64,000 nt of DNA, from contig CAWIMJ010000047.1 of assembly GCA_963837175.1 (NCBI GenBank), positions 64,001 through 128,000 on the forward strand, written 5' to 3'. Both the position numbers and the translations under genes were made by a program. The DNA comes from an uncultured Nitrososphaeraceae archaeon (GTDB taxonomy: Archaea; Thermoproteota; Nitrososphaeria; Nitrososphaerales; Nitrososphaeraceae). Of the stretch, positions 31,164-41,739 are shown one piece after another (position 1 is the stretch's first letter; every line of letters begins with the position of its first letter). The notes beneath the pieces were generated by a model. It was given only the letters and a program-made list of their open reading frames with translations, searched no databases and was not told where the DNA came from.

Positions 31164-32534
31164 ATGCTAGATAACTTAAGAACAGGTCTTCGAAGCGCCT
31201 TAAAAAAAATTGTAGGAGCATCTGATATTAATGAAGAACTTATAGATTCTCTCAGTAAAGACGTCCAAAGAGCATTACTTCAATCGGATGTTAATGTTAG
31301 ACTGGTCTTAATGATAACTACGAATCTAAAAAGTCGGGCAATCAATGAAACTCCACCAAAGGGTTTATCGAGAAAAGATCAAATTATCACTATTCTTTAT
31401 GGCGAACTTGCAAAACTACTTGGCTATGCAGGAGAGCCAATAAAAAGCGTTGATAAATCGGTGGATTTGAACGACGAACATATCGTTTCTTTCAAGGCAG
31501 GAAAGCAAAATATTGTACTCATGCTTGGTGTCCAAGGCAGTGGAAAGACAACAGTAACTGTCAAATTTGCTAGGTGGCTAACAAGGCATGGATATCGCGT
31601 TGCAGTAATTGGAGCAGATACATGGCGACCTGGTGCGCTGACCCAATTAAAAATGAATTGCAATAAAATTAATGTAGAGGTATTTGGTGATGAAAATAAC
31701 AAAGATGCTGTTCAAATCGTAAGAGATGGTCTGAATTATTACAAATCACAGAATATGGATGTTATACTTATTGATACTGCCGGAAGACACAAGGAAGAGA
31801 GTGGACTTTTGGAGGAAATGAACGCTATGTATAAGGTGGCAATACCCGATTTGGTTTTACTAGTAATAGACGGAACAATAGGTCAGCAAGCCTACAACCA
31901 GGCCAAAGCCTTCCATGAAACTGCACCTGTTGGCGGAATTATTATAACGAAACTTGATGGGACAGCCAAGGGTGGCGGCGCAATTGCCTCATCCGCTGCC
32001 ACTGGAGCTAAAGTAATGTTCATTGGCACAGGAGAACGCATAGATGACCTTGAGCAGTTTTCACCGACACGGTTTGTTGGTAGGATGCTGGGAATGGGTG
32101 ATATCAAAGCGCTGCTTGAAATGGCAAAAAGTCTTGAGGTTCAAGCAGATGAGAATCAAACCAAGCGATTGCTGGGTGGCAAAATGACTATCGAAGACTT
32201 TTACGCACAGATGGAAAATGTAGGTAAAATGGGATTTAAAAACGTAATTGACAATTTACCGGGTCTATCGGGTATGGTAAAAGAAGATCAATTAGACGCT
32301 CTTCAAGGGAAAATGGAGAAATGGCGATTTATAATTCAATCAATGACCAAAAATGAAAAAAGAAATCCTGATATTATTAATGATTCTAGGAGGAAGCGGA
32401 TTGCAAGAGGTGCTGGTATAACCGAACACGATGTTAAAGAGTTGGTAAAACAATACAATAATTCTAAAACGATGATGAAACAGACAAAGGGTAGACAGAT
32501 GCAAGGAATGTTAAGGAGATTTGGTATTGGCTAA
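31164..32534 (+). CDS. srp54: Signal recognition particle protein SRP54
   Basis: GVQGSGKTT, DTAGRH, TKLDGTAKGGG, M-domain SMT..E...RIARG. Confidence 0.97.
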   Translation: MLDNLRTGLRSALKKIVGASDINEELIDSLSKDVQRALLQSDVNVRLVLMITTNLKSRAINETPPKGLSRKDQIITILYGELAKLLGYAGEPIKSVDKSVDLNDEHIVSFKAGKQNIVLMLGVQGSGKTTVTVKFARWLTRHGYRVAVIGADTWRPGALTQLKMNCNKINVEVFGDENNKDAVQIVRDGLNYYKSQNMDVILIDTAGRHKEESGLLEEMNAMYKVAIPDLVLLVIDGTIGQQAYNQAKAFHETAPVGGIIITKLDGTAKGGGAIASSAATGAKVMFIGTGERIDDLEQFSPTRFVGRMLGMGDIKALLEMAKSLEVQADENQTKRLLGGKMTIEDFYAQMENVGKMGFKNVIDNLPGLSGMVKEDQLDALQGKMEKWRFIIQSMTKNEKRNPDIINDSRRKRIARGAGITEHDVKELVKQYNNSKTMMKQTKGRQMQGMLRRFGIG

Positions 32535-33663
32535 TGTCAAGGATGAAAAGCTCCTTCTAGAACAACTAAAAATTAACTATACTCTTTGCAAATATTGTCT
32601 AAAAAGACACATTCCATCATTTAGAGTGACATCTATAATGGATCAAGATAATTGTTTTATATGTTCTGGATTGATGAGTAATATAGATTTAATTCATAAA
32701 AAAATATTATCAACAGTAGCAAACGTATATGAATTTGATAGCTTTACAATAGGAGCAACAATTCCAAATGAATACTATGAACGTGAGGACTACATTCGCT
32801 CAAAATTCAAGATACGGGGAATGGAAAATGTTAAAATTCAATTGACCAGAGAACTCAGAAGAAGATTTCAAAAAATAACAAAAAAAAGACTTGACTTTTT
32901 AAGCCCAGACATCTTGATAAATATTGATATTGATAAGAACAATAATGTAGATGTAATTGCAAAGACTCGTCCATTACATTTTCTTGGCAGATATATAAAA
33001 AAATATAGAGGAATAAGGCAGAAACAAACTAAGTGCGGCGGTTGTCAAGGAAATGGTTGCCTAGCCTGTGATCATTCTGGGCTATCAGGCTACAATAGTA
33101 TAGAGGGAATTATTGCTAAGAATTTGATATCGATAACAAGAGGACAGAACGCTAAATTTACCTGGGTAGGAAGTGAAGATAAAGAAAGCAGGGTTCTAGG
33201 GAAAGGAAGGCCTTTTTTTGCACGCATAACAAATCCACAAAATCGTAAATTTGAGAACAATTTAAAATTCTGTGAAAACGGAATTGTAGTTATAATAAGT
33301 CCTAAGCCTGATAATATTTCAGATCCATCTTTTGTATTTACCACAAAGATTAAAATTTTGGTTGAATGCGACAAGGAAATTATAAAATCAAACTTAGAAA
33401 AACTAAAATTTTGTTGTGGTTCGATTATAAGATTCAAATACAAATCAAGACAATTTAAAAAAAGGCTCTATTCGCTCAAGATACTAAAAGTAGATTCAAA
33501 ACGTTTCTTTATTACTATGCTTACAGATGGAGGATTCCAAGTCAAGCAGTTCGTTGGAGAGAGAGAGAATGCTAAACCTAATCTTTCAGAGATCGTCGAT
33601 TCAAATTGCAAATGTATTTATTTTGATATTCTTGATGTAGCCATGCAGCAACCTTTTTTTTAG
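32521..33663 (+). CDS. pus10: Pus10-like tRNA pseudouridine synthase, degenerate motifs
   Basis: THUMP-like N-half, GRY.K..RGI.Q, G.ED...R.LG.GRPF, P.LS..DIL. Confidence 0.8.
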   Translation: MVLANVKDEKLLLEQLKINYTLCKYCLKRHIPSFRVTSIMDQDNCFICSGLMSNIDLIHKKILSTVANVYEFDSFTIGATIPNEYYEREDYIRSKFKIRGMENVKIQLTRELRRRFQKITKKRLDFLSPDILINIDIDKNNNVDVIAKTRPLHFLGRYIKKYRGIRQKQTKCGGCQGNGCLACDHSGLSGYNSIEGIIAKNLISITRGQNAKFTWVGSEDKESRVLGKGRPFFARITNPQNRKFENNLKFCENGIVVIISPKPDNISDPSFVFTTKIKILVECDKEIIKSNLEKLKFCCGSIIRFKYKSRQFKKRLYSLKILKVDSKRFFITMLTDGGFQVKQFVGERENAKPNLSEIVDSNCKCIYFDILDVAMQQPFF

Positions 33664-33689
33664 ACTATGCCCCTTTTCAGAGTATATAG

Positions 33690-34415
33690 ATGGTTTTTAA
33701 TTCTTTACAAAAAGTAGATGATGCATTAAACAGCGGACAGTTACCGAAAAAGACTTATGATCTTATACTAGATCGCTATGAAATAGTTACTAATGGAATT
33801 AAAAGGATAGAGAATGCAGCTAGACTAAAATATCCATATTATTATGTAGAACCTAATCTTGTCATTTCGATATCGCAGGTCGAATTTTCACAGTTCGGTA
33901 TCTTGTTTGCAAGAACAATCCCAGTGGTAAACGAACAGAGACAATTAAACATCGTTATTCAACTGACAGCTCCCCTGATAGCTTTCGGTCTGCGTGGCTC
34001 TATTCATGCTATTTTAGCACATGAGTTTATACATTATCTTAATTTAGTCAGTCGGATTATGAGAATGGATATAATATCTGATTCAATATCCAGTACTTTA
34101 TTTGAAGAGAGATATGGGGATTCTTCTCGATTAATGGAACCCAAATCAGTCTTCAAATCTGATCGTACTTTGATTGATCACATTACAAAGAAATTTCCAG
34201 AGGGGTTCAGTGATCTTCGATTAGAAGATAAAGTAGTTAACGAATGGATCAACAGAAGGCTTCCAACGACCAAGGTTACTATCGACTCTAATATCGTAAA
34301 ATTACCTATTGAATTAATGGCTAATCTAGAAGTTGATCAAATACTTAAAGAAAGAATTCTTGAATTCCAAAATACAAAACAGTGGCAAAAGAAAAAGTTC
34401 GATCGTTATGTCTAG
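33690..34415 (+). CDS. Hypothetical protein with HEXXH zinc-metallopeptidase motif
   Basis: ILAHEFIHYL. Confidence 0.75.
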   Translation: MVFNSLQKVDDALNSGQLPKKTYDLILDRYEIVTNGIKRIENAARLKYPYYYVEPNLVISISQVEFSQFGILFARTIPVVNEQRQLNIVIQLTAPLIAFGLRGSIHAILAHEFIHYLNLVSRIMRMDIISDSISSTLFEERYGDSSRLMEPKSVFKSDRTLIDHITKKFPEGFSDLRLEDKVVNEWINRRLPTTKVTIDSNIVKLPIELMANLEVDQILKERILEFQNTKQWQKKKFDRYV

Positions 34416-36085
34416 CTATTCGACTGAGCAATTAAAAATAATCGGTAATTGCATCAACAAGATAGCAAAGAACAATAGTATAGTTGGTGTTTGTATTTAT
34501 GGCTCAAAAGTAGCGGGCTATAGCCGCCCTGAACAGTGATTTTGATATTATCGTCGTCCTTGAAAATTATTCTTTTATTGTTAAATACGTCTATTTAGAG
34601 GAATCTGAAATAGAAATTTCAGCGCTCGTAGTGGATCGTGAATCTCTGGAAAAAGATGCTAGATCTGCATTTCTTGGAGATTTTGTGATCGGACGATTAT
34701 TACATATCTATGACGCTATCGTAAATCCAGAATTTTTCAAGCGTATTGAAACTATCTATAAGAAGCGGGTAATTATAGAAGAAATCTTTGATATAGTTAG
34801 ATCAGCTAATATTCTTAGCACTGAAATCTCTTTTCCCTTAGATTTTATCATGTTTTCGAAAATAAAAAAACGCTGCTTACTTTATCCGAATGCGCTCTAC
34901 AGTTACTACAAAATTTATAACTGCGAGAATGGAGGCAAGAACTTTAATTTTGCGCTTGATGGTTATCATAGAGCTTTGAATGAAATAATAAACGAAGACA
35001 AAGATTTACTGCATAAAAGTCCGTCTGGTGATTCATTGCAGATATCCGAAAAACGTATTCTTGTGAACAAAAATGGTAGAATTGCTTCCTTGAAGTTGGG
35101 AAAGAAATTACAAGATTTTAGTTCCTACCTTGTCCATGTATATGCAGGTCGAGTAACCTTTCGCTATGCAGTAAAAGAAGCTCAATTGAAAATACACAGA
35201 CAAAAAAAACAGCAATTAAATTTACCGATGTTTATGTCCTCTCCCAAGCAATCATATTGGAAACTACCTGAAGGTATATTAATTTTCAATAGTAAAAACT
35301 GGCTTGATGTAATTGCTAAAAATGAAAATTTTATGAGATATTCAATTTCAAATAAACATCGATTAGGAAAAGTAGATAGTAGAATTGTTCGCTTTACATT
35401 GACAAACCTTGATGATAATAGTAAAAAGGTGATGGTCGTAAAAGAATATCCAAAAACCAAGGGCGTAAAATGGGCCGCCTTGAGCTTATGGACTTCGCAA
35501 GTCAAAAGATTCAAGGTGGATTCTTTGTTCAGATTAGGCAATGAATACAAAGCGCTCCGGTATATTCGTAACTTAGGATTAAATTCACCCGCCATTGAAT
35601 CAGTTATTCTAAACAAGAGATTGCTAGTCACTGAATTTATACAGGGAAATTTGCTTGATGATGCAATCAAAAACTCTATGAATGAAGATTATGAATATAA
35701 TAATACTAATTGGATCAAAATAGCAGGTGAACAAATAGCCAGAATACACAATGATAAGTCAACTCTTGGCAATATAAAACCAAAGAATTTAATCATACGA
35801 GGGAATTTACTTTACTTTACAAATGTTGATCAATTTGGATTTCATTCAGGTGATCCCATTTGGGATATAGTGCAGTTTCTCTGCAGGGGGCTCAAACAAA
35901 CAAGTAATTCTCTCGTAGCAAGCAAAGTAGTAAGAGAATTCTTACTTGGTTATTCAAACAAAACTACTGGCGAACATATCAGAAAATTATCAAGATCAAA
36001 ACGCTATATCGAATCATTTTATCCATTAATAAGTCCAGTAGTTGCAAGATCAATAAAGAAAGAAATTAGAGAGTTGGTCTGTTAA
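34408..36085 (+). CDS. Pol-beta-type nucleotidyltransferase fused to a kinase-like domain; +1 frameshift at 34532-34533
   Basis: IYGSKVAGYSRP[D]SDFDIIVV restored by deleting one A (558 aa); C-terminal VVKEY, NEYKAL, LVTEFIQG, LGNIKPKN. Confidence 0.8.
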
Positions 36086-36087
36086 TG

Positions 36088-36303
36088 TTAACGTTTCTTT
36101 GGACTTTTCTTGGACTGTTCTTTAAGCGGAAATTCCGTAAAGCCGCATTTTCCACAGGTGTTTCTATTATCATGTTCGGCCATGAACACACCTTTTCCAC
36201 ATCTGGGGCAATCGCGTTTACTTCTTATTGTTTTATCTCCTTCAAGCTTATAGAAATTGTAAACGGCTACTTCTCCTTTTTTTGCCGTCTTTTTGTCAGC
36301 CAT
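36088..36303 (-). CDS. rps27ae: Ribosomal protein S27ae (eS31)
   Basis: CPRCGKGVFMAEH..R.TCGKCGFTE. Confidence 0.96.
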   Translation of the reverse strand: MADKKTAKKGEVAVYNFYKLEGDKTIRSKRDCPRCGKGVFMAEHDNRNTCGKCGFTEFPLKEQSKKSPKKR

Positions 36304-36305
36304 TT

Positions 36306-36692
36306 TTACTTCCTCGCTCCTCGAGATCCTGATTTTGTTTCGGCTGCTCTCGTCTGCTTAGCCTTCAGTCTATTGGCCTTCTCTTCATCTAACAATTTTT
36401 TTCTATCTTCATTAGACATATTTCTCAATATTCTGTAACGAGGAAGCTGTTTCTTAGCCTCATCTTCATTATTGTAGATATACATGGTAGCATAAATATC
36501 AGAATTGCCTGTTTGACATTTCATATTAATCGGAATAATTACGTTTCTATTAACATTCAGTTGCTTTGCAATCATATCTGCTGCATCGGCCCTCTTGACT
36601 TTACCTGCAGAGTTTTTTAGTAGAGACTTTATTTCTCGTCTATTTAAAAGCGTATTGTTATGGTCTTCTAAAATAAGAACTTCTAAGGACAA
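36306..36692 (-). CDS. rps24e: Ribosomal protein S24e
   Basis: N.LLNRREI motif; adjacent to rps27ae. Confidence 0.9.
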   Translation of the reverse strand: MSLEVLILEDHNNTLLNRREIKSLLKNSAGKVKRADAADMIAKQLNVNRNVIIPINMKCQTGNSDIYATMYIYNNEDEAKKQLPRYRILRNMSNEDRKKLLDEEKANRLKAKQTRAAETKSGSRGARK

Positions 36693-36803
36693 CTTTCATA
36701 AAAGAACATTCTCTAACTCATATAAGTATTTGCATAACATTGATGCTGAATGCAGGCCGGAAGTATATGGATTTCCCAACCAACCAAAGAGATGGTAATA
36801 ATT

Positions 36804-36892
36804 CGGGCCCGGTGGGCTTCGATCCCACGATAACTGGCTTCGGAGGCTTATGCTATTCGATCAGCACCCTATCCTGACTAGGCTACGGGCCC
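36804..36892 (-). tRNA. tRNA-Arg(CCG) with 14-nt intron at 29/30 (36848-36861)
   Basis: GGGCCCG/CGGGCCC acceptor; spliced anticodon stem CTGGC/GCCAG around CTCCGAA; BHB GTGC/GCAT. Confidence 0.9.
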
Positions 36893-37083
36893 TGACAATA
36901 TATTATATTAAAGTATTTAATGGTACACAGCTAAGTTATTTTATTCTAACTCTAATATTTGTAAAAAACATTTCATTCTATAAATAAAATAGATTATATT
37001 CGGTATTTAACCATATCAGTAAGCAAATTACAATTATTTATTCCAAAAGTTATATATTCGATAATGTTAATGCTAATCTTATT

Positions 37084-37485
37084 ATGTATGCGAAACTCTG
37101 TGAGCTAGAGATACTTTCAAGTTATCTTTCTGATATAAGTGTGGGTGATATGCTTTCTGTCCAAGCATTAATCACTAATCCTCTTGATTGGCATCACTTT
37201 TATGACAAGATATCCACTATCCACAAAGAATCTAAAACGGATTTTATCGTTGTTACCGCAGAAGGAGACAGAATTGTTGGTTCAGGAGAAGTCATGGATA
37301 TAGAAAGATGGAATAATTATGGTCAGTTTGGATTTAAGATAAAAATTATGATCAAAAAACAAAAATCGTTAAGTGATAGACGCTTGAGATCTAATCATTC
37401 CAGTGTACAACAAACAACTCTCCCAAAACAATCGGTTAATAGCAAATTTGAACTAAGCCATATTGGACAGCCATTAATAACCTAA
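37084..37485 (+). CDS. Hypothetical protein
   Basis: 133-aa ATG ORF with ttatata about 30 nt upstream. Confidence 0.65.
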   Translation: MYAKLCELEILSSYLSDISVGDMLSVQALITNPLDWHHFYDKISTIHKESKTDFIVVTAEGDRIVGSGEVMDIERWNNYGQFGFKIKIMIKKQKSLSDRRLRSNHSSVQQTTLPKQSVNSKFELSHIGQPLIT

Positions 37486-37619
37486 ACAGAAACGTAATAG
37501 GAATATATTATTACTCTAATATATTTTTGAAGTCTTCTGTTAACACATTTAGTCCAGCATCATCCCAGCTTTGGCTTTTATAACATTTAAGAGATGATTT
37601 AGGAAGAAGAAAAATTTAG

Positions 37620-38405
37620 GTGAATAGCTATGTGCTTAGAACATTTATATCCAAAAATCTATTTTTGCTCAATAATTTGAAACAGATAAAGTTGTTTGCT
37701 ATAGACATTGACGGTACATTAACAGAAAACGGTGGAGGAATGATACATCTGCCAGCTATTGAGAGTCTAAGGTATCTTGAGAGACTTGGATATAAAATAA
37801 TTTATGTTTCTGGACGCTCATCGGTGGAGGCATATATACTTGCTGTCTTTGGTGGTACGACAAAAATTGCTGTTGGAGAAAATGGTGGTGTTGTGACTTT
37901 ATCTCCCCAAGAACACATACTTTTAGCTGACAAGGAGAAGTGTATGAAAGGTTATGAGATCTTAAAGAAGGAAATAGAATTTATAAAAATTAAACCAGTT
38001 TTTCATAGACTCACAGAAATTGTATTGTCTAGAACATTTGATATTGCAGAAGGACAAAAAATTTTAAATGAACATAATATGGACTTAAATCTTACCGATA
38101 GCAGATATGCTTTTCATATCAACGAAAGAGGAGTTGACAAAGCTACCGGATTAAAAAAAGTATTGGATATTTTGAATGTAGCACCAGGAGAGACGGTTGC
38201 GATTGGTGACAGCCAGACGGATATTCCCCTATTTGATCTGTGTGGCTATAGTATCGCCCTCAATCATTCCGAACCATATGTGAAAGCCAGAGCTAAATAT
38301 GTAGTTCCTGGCAAAGAAGGTGAAGGCTTGATTGATGCAATTGAATATATTGCATTGAACTACTTTGGAGAGAGAACTTCGTTTGACATTTCGACTCCTA
38401 ATTAA
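37620..38405 (+). CDS. HAD-superfamily phosphoglycolate phosphatase (archaeal type)
   Basis: DIDGTLT, ENGG, DKATG, GDSQTD; real start probably TTG near 37677. Confidence 0.88.
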   Translation: MNSYVLRTFISKNLFLLNNLKQIKLFAIDIDGTLTENGGGMIHLPAIESLRYLERLGYKIIYVSGRSSVEAYILAVFGGTTKIAVGENGGVVTLSPQEHILLADKEKCMKGYEILKKEIEFIKIKPVFHRLTEIVLSRTFDIAEGQKILNEHNMDLNLTDSRYAFHINERGVDKATGLKKVLDILNVAPGETVAIGDSQTDIPLFDLCGYSIALNHSEPYVKARAKYVVPGKEGEGLIDAIEYIALNYFGERTSFDISTPN

Positions 38406-40308
38406 CGAAATTCATCAGGCATTATTAACTGGTCTCTCAAATCTGAATTACAGTCATCCAGATTTCAATATATCAGAATCACCCAGGAAAGAGTTTGGAG
38501 ACCTAAGCTGCAATATAGCATTTCTACTTAGTAAAAAACTCAAAAGAAGACCTGTTGATATTGCAAATGAAATCATCGAGAAGGAGCTAAAACCGTATAT
38601 CGAGAAAAAAAAGGCAGACAACTCCATGTCCTTTATTCTTTCAGTTGAATCTCATCCATCTGGCTACATAAATTTTAAGACAAATGTGGCTAATTTAGCT
38701 TCTTATGCTCTTAATGAAGTACTCAAAAATCCTAACTACGGCTTTATTAAGATTGGTAACCGTGAAAAGATAATAATTGAGCATACAAGCATTAATCCAA
38801 ACAAGGCAGTTCACGTTGGTCATATGCGTAATGTAATCTTAGGTGACACACTTTACAGGATATTGAAAGCAACAAACTATGAAGTAAAAGTTTTAAATTA
38901 TATCGACGATTCGGGTTTACAGGTTGCCGATATCGTTGTTGGATTCAAATTTGCTGGTCTTCCTCTCAATCCCATCGATGAATCTATAAAATTTGATCAA
39001 TATTGTGGCGATGAAGTTTATGTAAAAATTAATGAAATGTATAAAGATGATCACAACCTTGAAGAGAAAAGAATATTAGTTCTTAAGGAAATGGAACAGG
39101 GAACGTCCGAGATTGCTCAATTTGCTTTACAAATCAGTATGCGAGTTTTGAAGGATCAACTAAAGACTTGTTGGAGAATAAAAGCCCATTATGACCTATT
39201 AAATTTTGAATCACAGATTGTTATCTCTGGCCTATGGAATAAATCGTTTGAAATGTTAAAAGAAAATCGCATTGTTACTTTACAAACACAAGGAAAAAAC
39301 AAAAATTGTTGGGTAATTAAACAGGACAATGAAGAGGAAAAAGTTATTGTCAGAAGTGATGGAACCGCAACTTACATAGCTAAGGATATACCATATGCAG
39401 CGTGGAAATTAGGGTTAGTCGAGGATCCTTTCTTCTATTATAAATTTACTGTTCAATGGGATGGATCTATTCTATGGTCTACGACTTTGGATCCCAATTC
39501 TGGTAACAGCAAACATCCTTGGTTTAATTCCGCTGATAAGGTTATTACGGTAATTGATTCAAGACAAACAAGACTACAGAGAATCATCACAAAGGTTCTG
39601 TCGAGTTTACGGGTTAACAATGACAGATATTATCATCTCGCATATGAGGCAATAACTCTGAGCTCGGAGACTGCCAAAATCCTAGGACTTAATATTGGAG
39701 ACAGACAATTCATGCATATATCAGGTAGAAAAGGAATATATGTTAATGCAGACTACGTTTTGAATAAACTTCAAGCAATTGCTTACAAAGAAGTAAAAAA
39801 AAGAAATCCTGATCTTTTAGAAAATGACATAAATATGATTGCAGAAGAAATAGGAATATCTGCCATTAGATATAATTTGATTAAACAGGATCTTGATAAG
39901 ATTATAACTTTTGACATAGTTGATTCATTGAGCCTGGTAGGCAACACTGGACCCTACTTACAATATACCTATGCTAGATCCCAGCGAATTTTGGAAAAAT
40001 ATGGAGAAAAAATAAAATCAGGAAACTTTAATTTATTAACTCAAGAATATGAAGTTGATCTAATCAAAATAATTGCAAAAATGGATCTAGAGATAGAACA
40101 AACGGTCAAAACATTGAACCCAAAGCTGCTGGCCAAGTACGCTTATGACCTTGCTACTGCCTTTAACCTATTCTACGAAAAAGTCCCTGTCTTAAGGGAG
40201 GAAAATAAAGAAATAATGCTTTCGAGATTAGTACTTGTAAAGTCTCTTGGAATTACCATGAAAAATATATTCAGTGTACTAGGGATTTCTGCATTAGATA
40301 GGATGTAA
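38365..40308 (+). CDS. argS: Arginine--tRNA ligase
   Basis: FGDLS.N, EHTSINPNKAVHVGHMRN, RSDGTATY, GNTGPYLQY. Confidence 0.96.
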   Translation: MERELRLTFRLLINEIHQALLTGLSNLNYSHPDFNISESPRKEFGDLSCNIAFLLSKKLKRRPVDIANEIIEKELKPYIEKKKADNSMSFILSVESHPSGYINFKTNVANLASYALNEVLKNPNYGFIKIGNREKIIIEHTSINPNKAVHVGHMRNVILGDTLYRILKATNYEVKVLNYIDDSGLQVADIVVGFKFAGLPLNPIDESIKFDQYCGDEVYVKINEMYKDDHNLEEKRILVLKEMEQGTSEIAQFALQISMRVLKDQLKTCWRIKAHYDLLNFESQIVISGLWNKSFEMLKENRIVTLQTQGKNKNCWVIKQDNEEEKVIVRSDGTATYIAKDIPYAAWKLGLVEDPFFYYKFTVQWDGSILWSTTLDPNSGNSKHPWFNSADKVITVIDSRQTRLQRIITKVLSSLRVNNDRYYHLAYEAITLSSETAKILGLNIGDRQFMHISGRKGIYVNADYVLNKLQAIAYKEVKKRNPDLLENDINMIAEEIGISAIRYNLIKQDLDKIITFDIVDSLSLVGNTGPYLQYTYARSQRILEKYGEKIKSGNFNLLTQEYEVDLIKIIAKMDLEIEQTVKTLNPKLLAKYAYDLATAFNLFYEKVPVLREENKEIMLSRLVLVKSLGITMKNIFSVLGISALDRM

Positions 40309-40420
40309 AATAATACGATTAGTTTTTGGAAAAAAATATAGAAGGATTTGTAGTACGTGTGGCTAAATAATTAGACAGCTAGTTACTTTTATTCTATATA
40401 AGCGCTCCTAGATGTAGATT

Positions 40421-40725
40421 GGCTCTGTTAACTTAACGATAAATCTATAGCTAAAGATATCCTACCTTTTTAGATGGTCAAATCTAAAACAAGCAGAACA
40501 CCTTTAAAATATATTTGCCATACATCATACTTGTACTTTTCTGATCTTTCGCTTAGAAAAACGTCAGAGCATCATTTATTGCCATTTGTTAAAAGGAATC
40601 ATGTTTCAATACGGAATTGGATTCAAAAGTACAAGTCAAAGAAGATATTGCAAAAACGAAATAAAATACAAGAATTTCTTGAAGATGAAAAAGTAATTAA
40701 CTCTATTTATGATCATCTGATTTAA
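40421..40725 (+). mobile_element. IS6-family element remnant (left end plus truncated transposase)
   Basis: GGCTCTGTTAACTTAAC terminus; YLYFS.LSLRKTS...RNHVSI.NWIQKY N-terminal HTH, no DDE domain. Confidence 0.75.
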
Positions 40726-40931
40726 TATTTTATATCTTAAAATGGAGTGTGAACTTCAATCCCGTTATTCTTGATCTTATAAAGATAAGCATAGGACCTA
40801 TTGAATAACATATCACTAAATTAAATTTAGTAAGATCATCTGTCGCTGGTCCTAAAGAATTGCATACGATAAGAAAACAATTCTTGTATCTGGAAGGATT
40901 TTTATCAGTATAACTTTTTGTTTATTATTGT

Positions 40932-41735
40932 ATGAAAATACAAGAAGGTTATTATGTTTTGCTTTTTCATTCAAAGAGAAAGAAATGGTTAGTTAAAGTT
41001 ACTACACAGAAGAAAATGCACACCCATCTTGGAGTCATTGATGTCTCATCGGTTATTGGACTGGAATATGGATCTCTCATTAAAACAACTGAGGGAAAGA
41101 GCATATATCTTATCCAGCCCACAGTGCACGACCTTATAATGAAATCTGAACGGAAGACTCAGATAGTCTATCCAAAAGATCTTGGTTATATAGCATCTAG
41201 GACTGGCTTGCAAAATGGCTCTACAGTATTAGAAATAGGAACAGGAAGTGCTGCCCTCACAACATTTATGGCAAGTATTGTAAAACCAACTGGTCATATT
41301 TACACTTATGACATCAATGCTGATTTTATGGCTATAGCAAGAAAGAACCTGGAAAAAGCAGGGATGTTACAATATGTTACAATGCATCAGCAGGATCCTC
41401 ATTTGGGTCTTAGCATTAGGGAAGCAGATGTTGCCGTAGTGGATCTCGGAGATCCTTGGAGTGTAGTTGCCGATGTTCATGTTTCGTTGAAAGGAAGTGG
41501 AGCCTTTGTAGCAATTTGCCCTACCATGAATCAACTAGAAAAGACTGCGACTGTCTTAAAACAATGCGGATATGTAGATGTTGATTGTGTAGAAATAATG
41601 ATTCGTGACATAGAAGCAAGAGAAGGAATGACTCGGCCTTCAATGAGAATGATAGGACATACTACGTACTTAATATTTGGCAGAAAAGTTGAATCTAGTA
41701 CCTTTCAATTGCTTCAAAATATATCCTCTCCATGA
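40932..41735 (+). CDS. trmI: tRNA (adenine-N1)-methyltransferase TrmI/Gcd14
   Basis: RKTQIVYPKD, EIGTGS, DLGDPW, RP..RMIGHTTYL. Confidence 0.93.
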   Translation: MKIQEGYYVLLFHSKRKKWLVKVTTQKKMHTHLGVIDVSSVIGLEYGSLIKTTEGKSIYLIQPTVHDLIMKSERKTQIVYPKDLGYIASRTGLQNGSTVLEIGTGSAALTTFMASIVKPTGHIYTYDINADFMAIARKNLEKAGMLQYVTMHQQDPHLGLSIREADVAVVDLGDPWSVVADVHVSLKGSGAFVAICPTMNQLEKTATVLKQCGYVDVDCVEIMIRDIEAREGMTRPSMRMIGHTTYLIFGRKVESSTFQLLQNISSP

Positions 41736-41739
41736 TTTT

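Noticed and set aside
34537-34539. TGA as possible selenocysteine/readthrough in the NTase gene
   Set aside because: The conserved continuation is in a different frame, so readthrough cannot restore it
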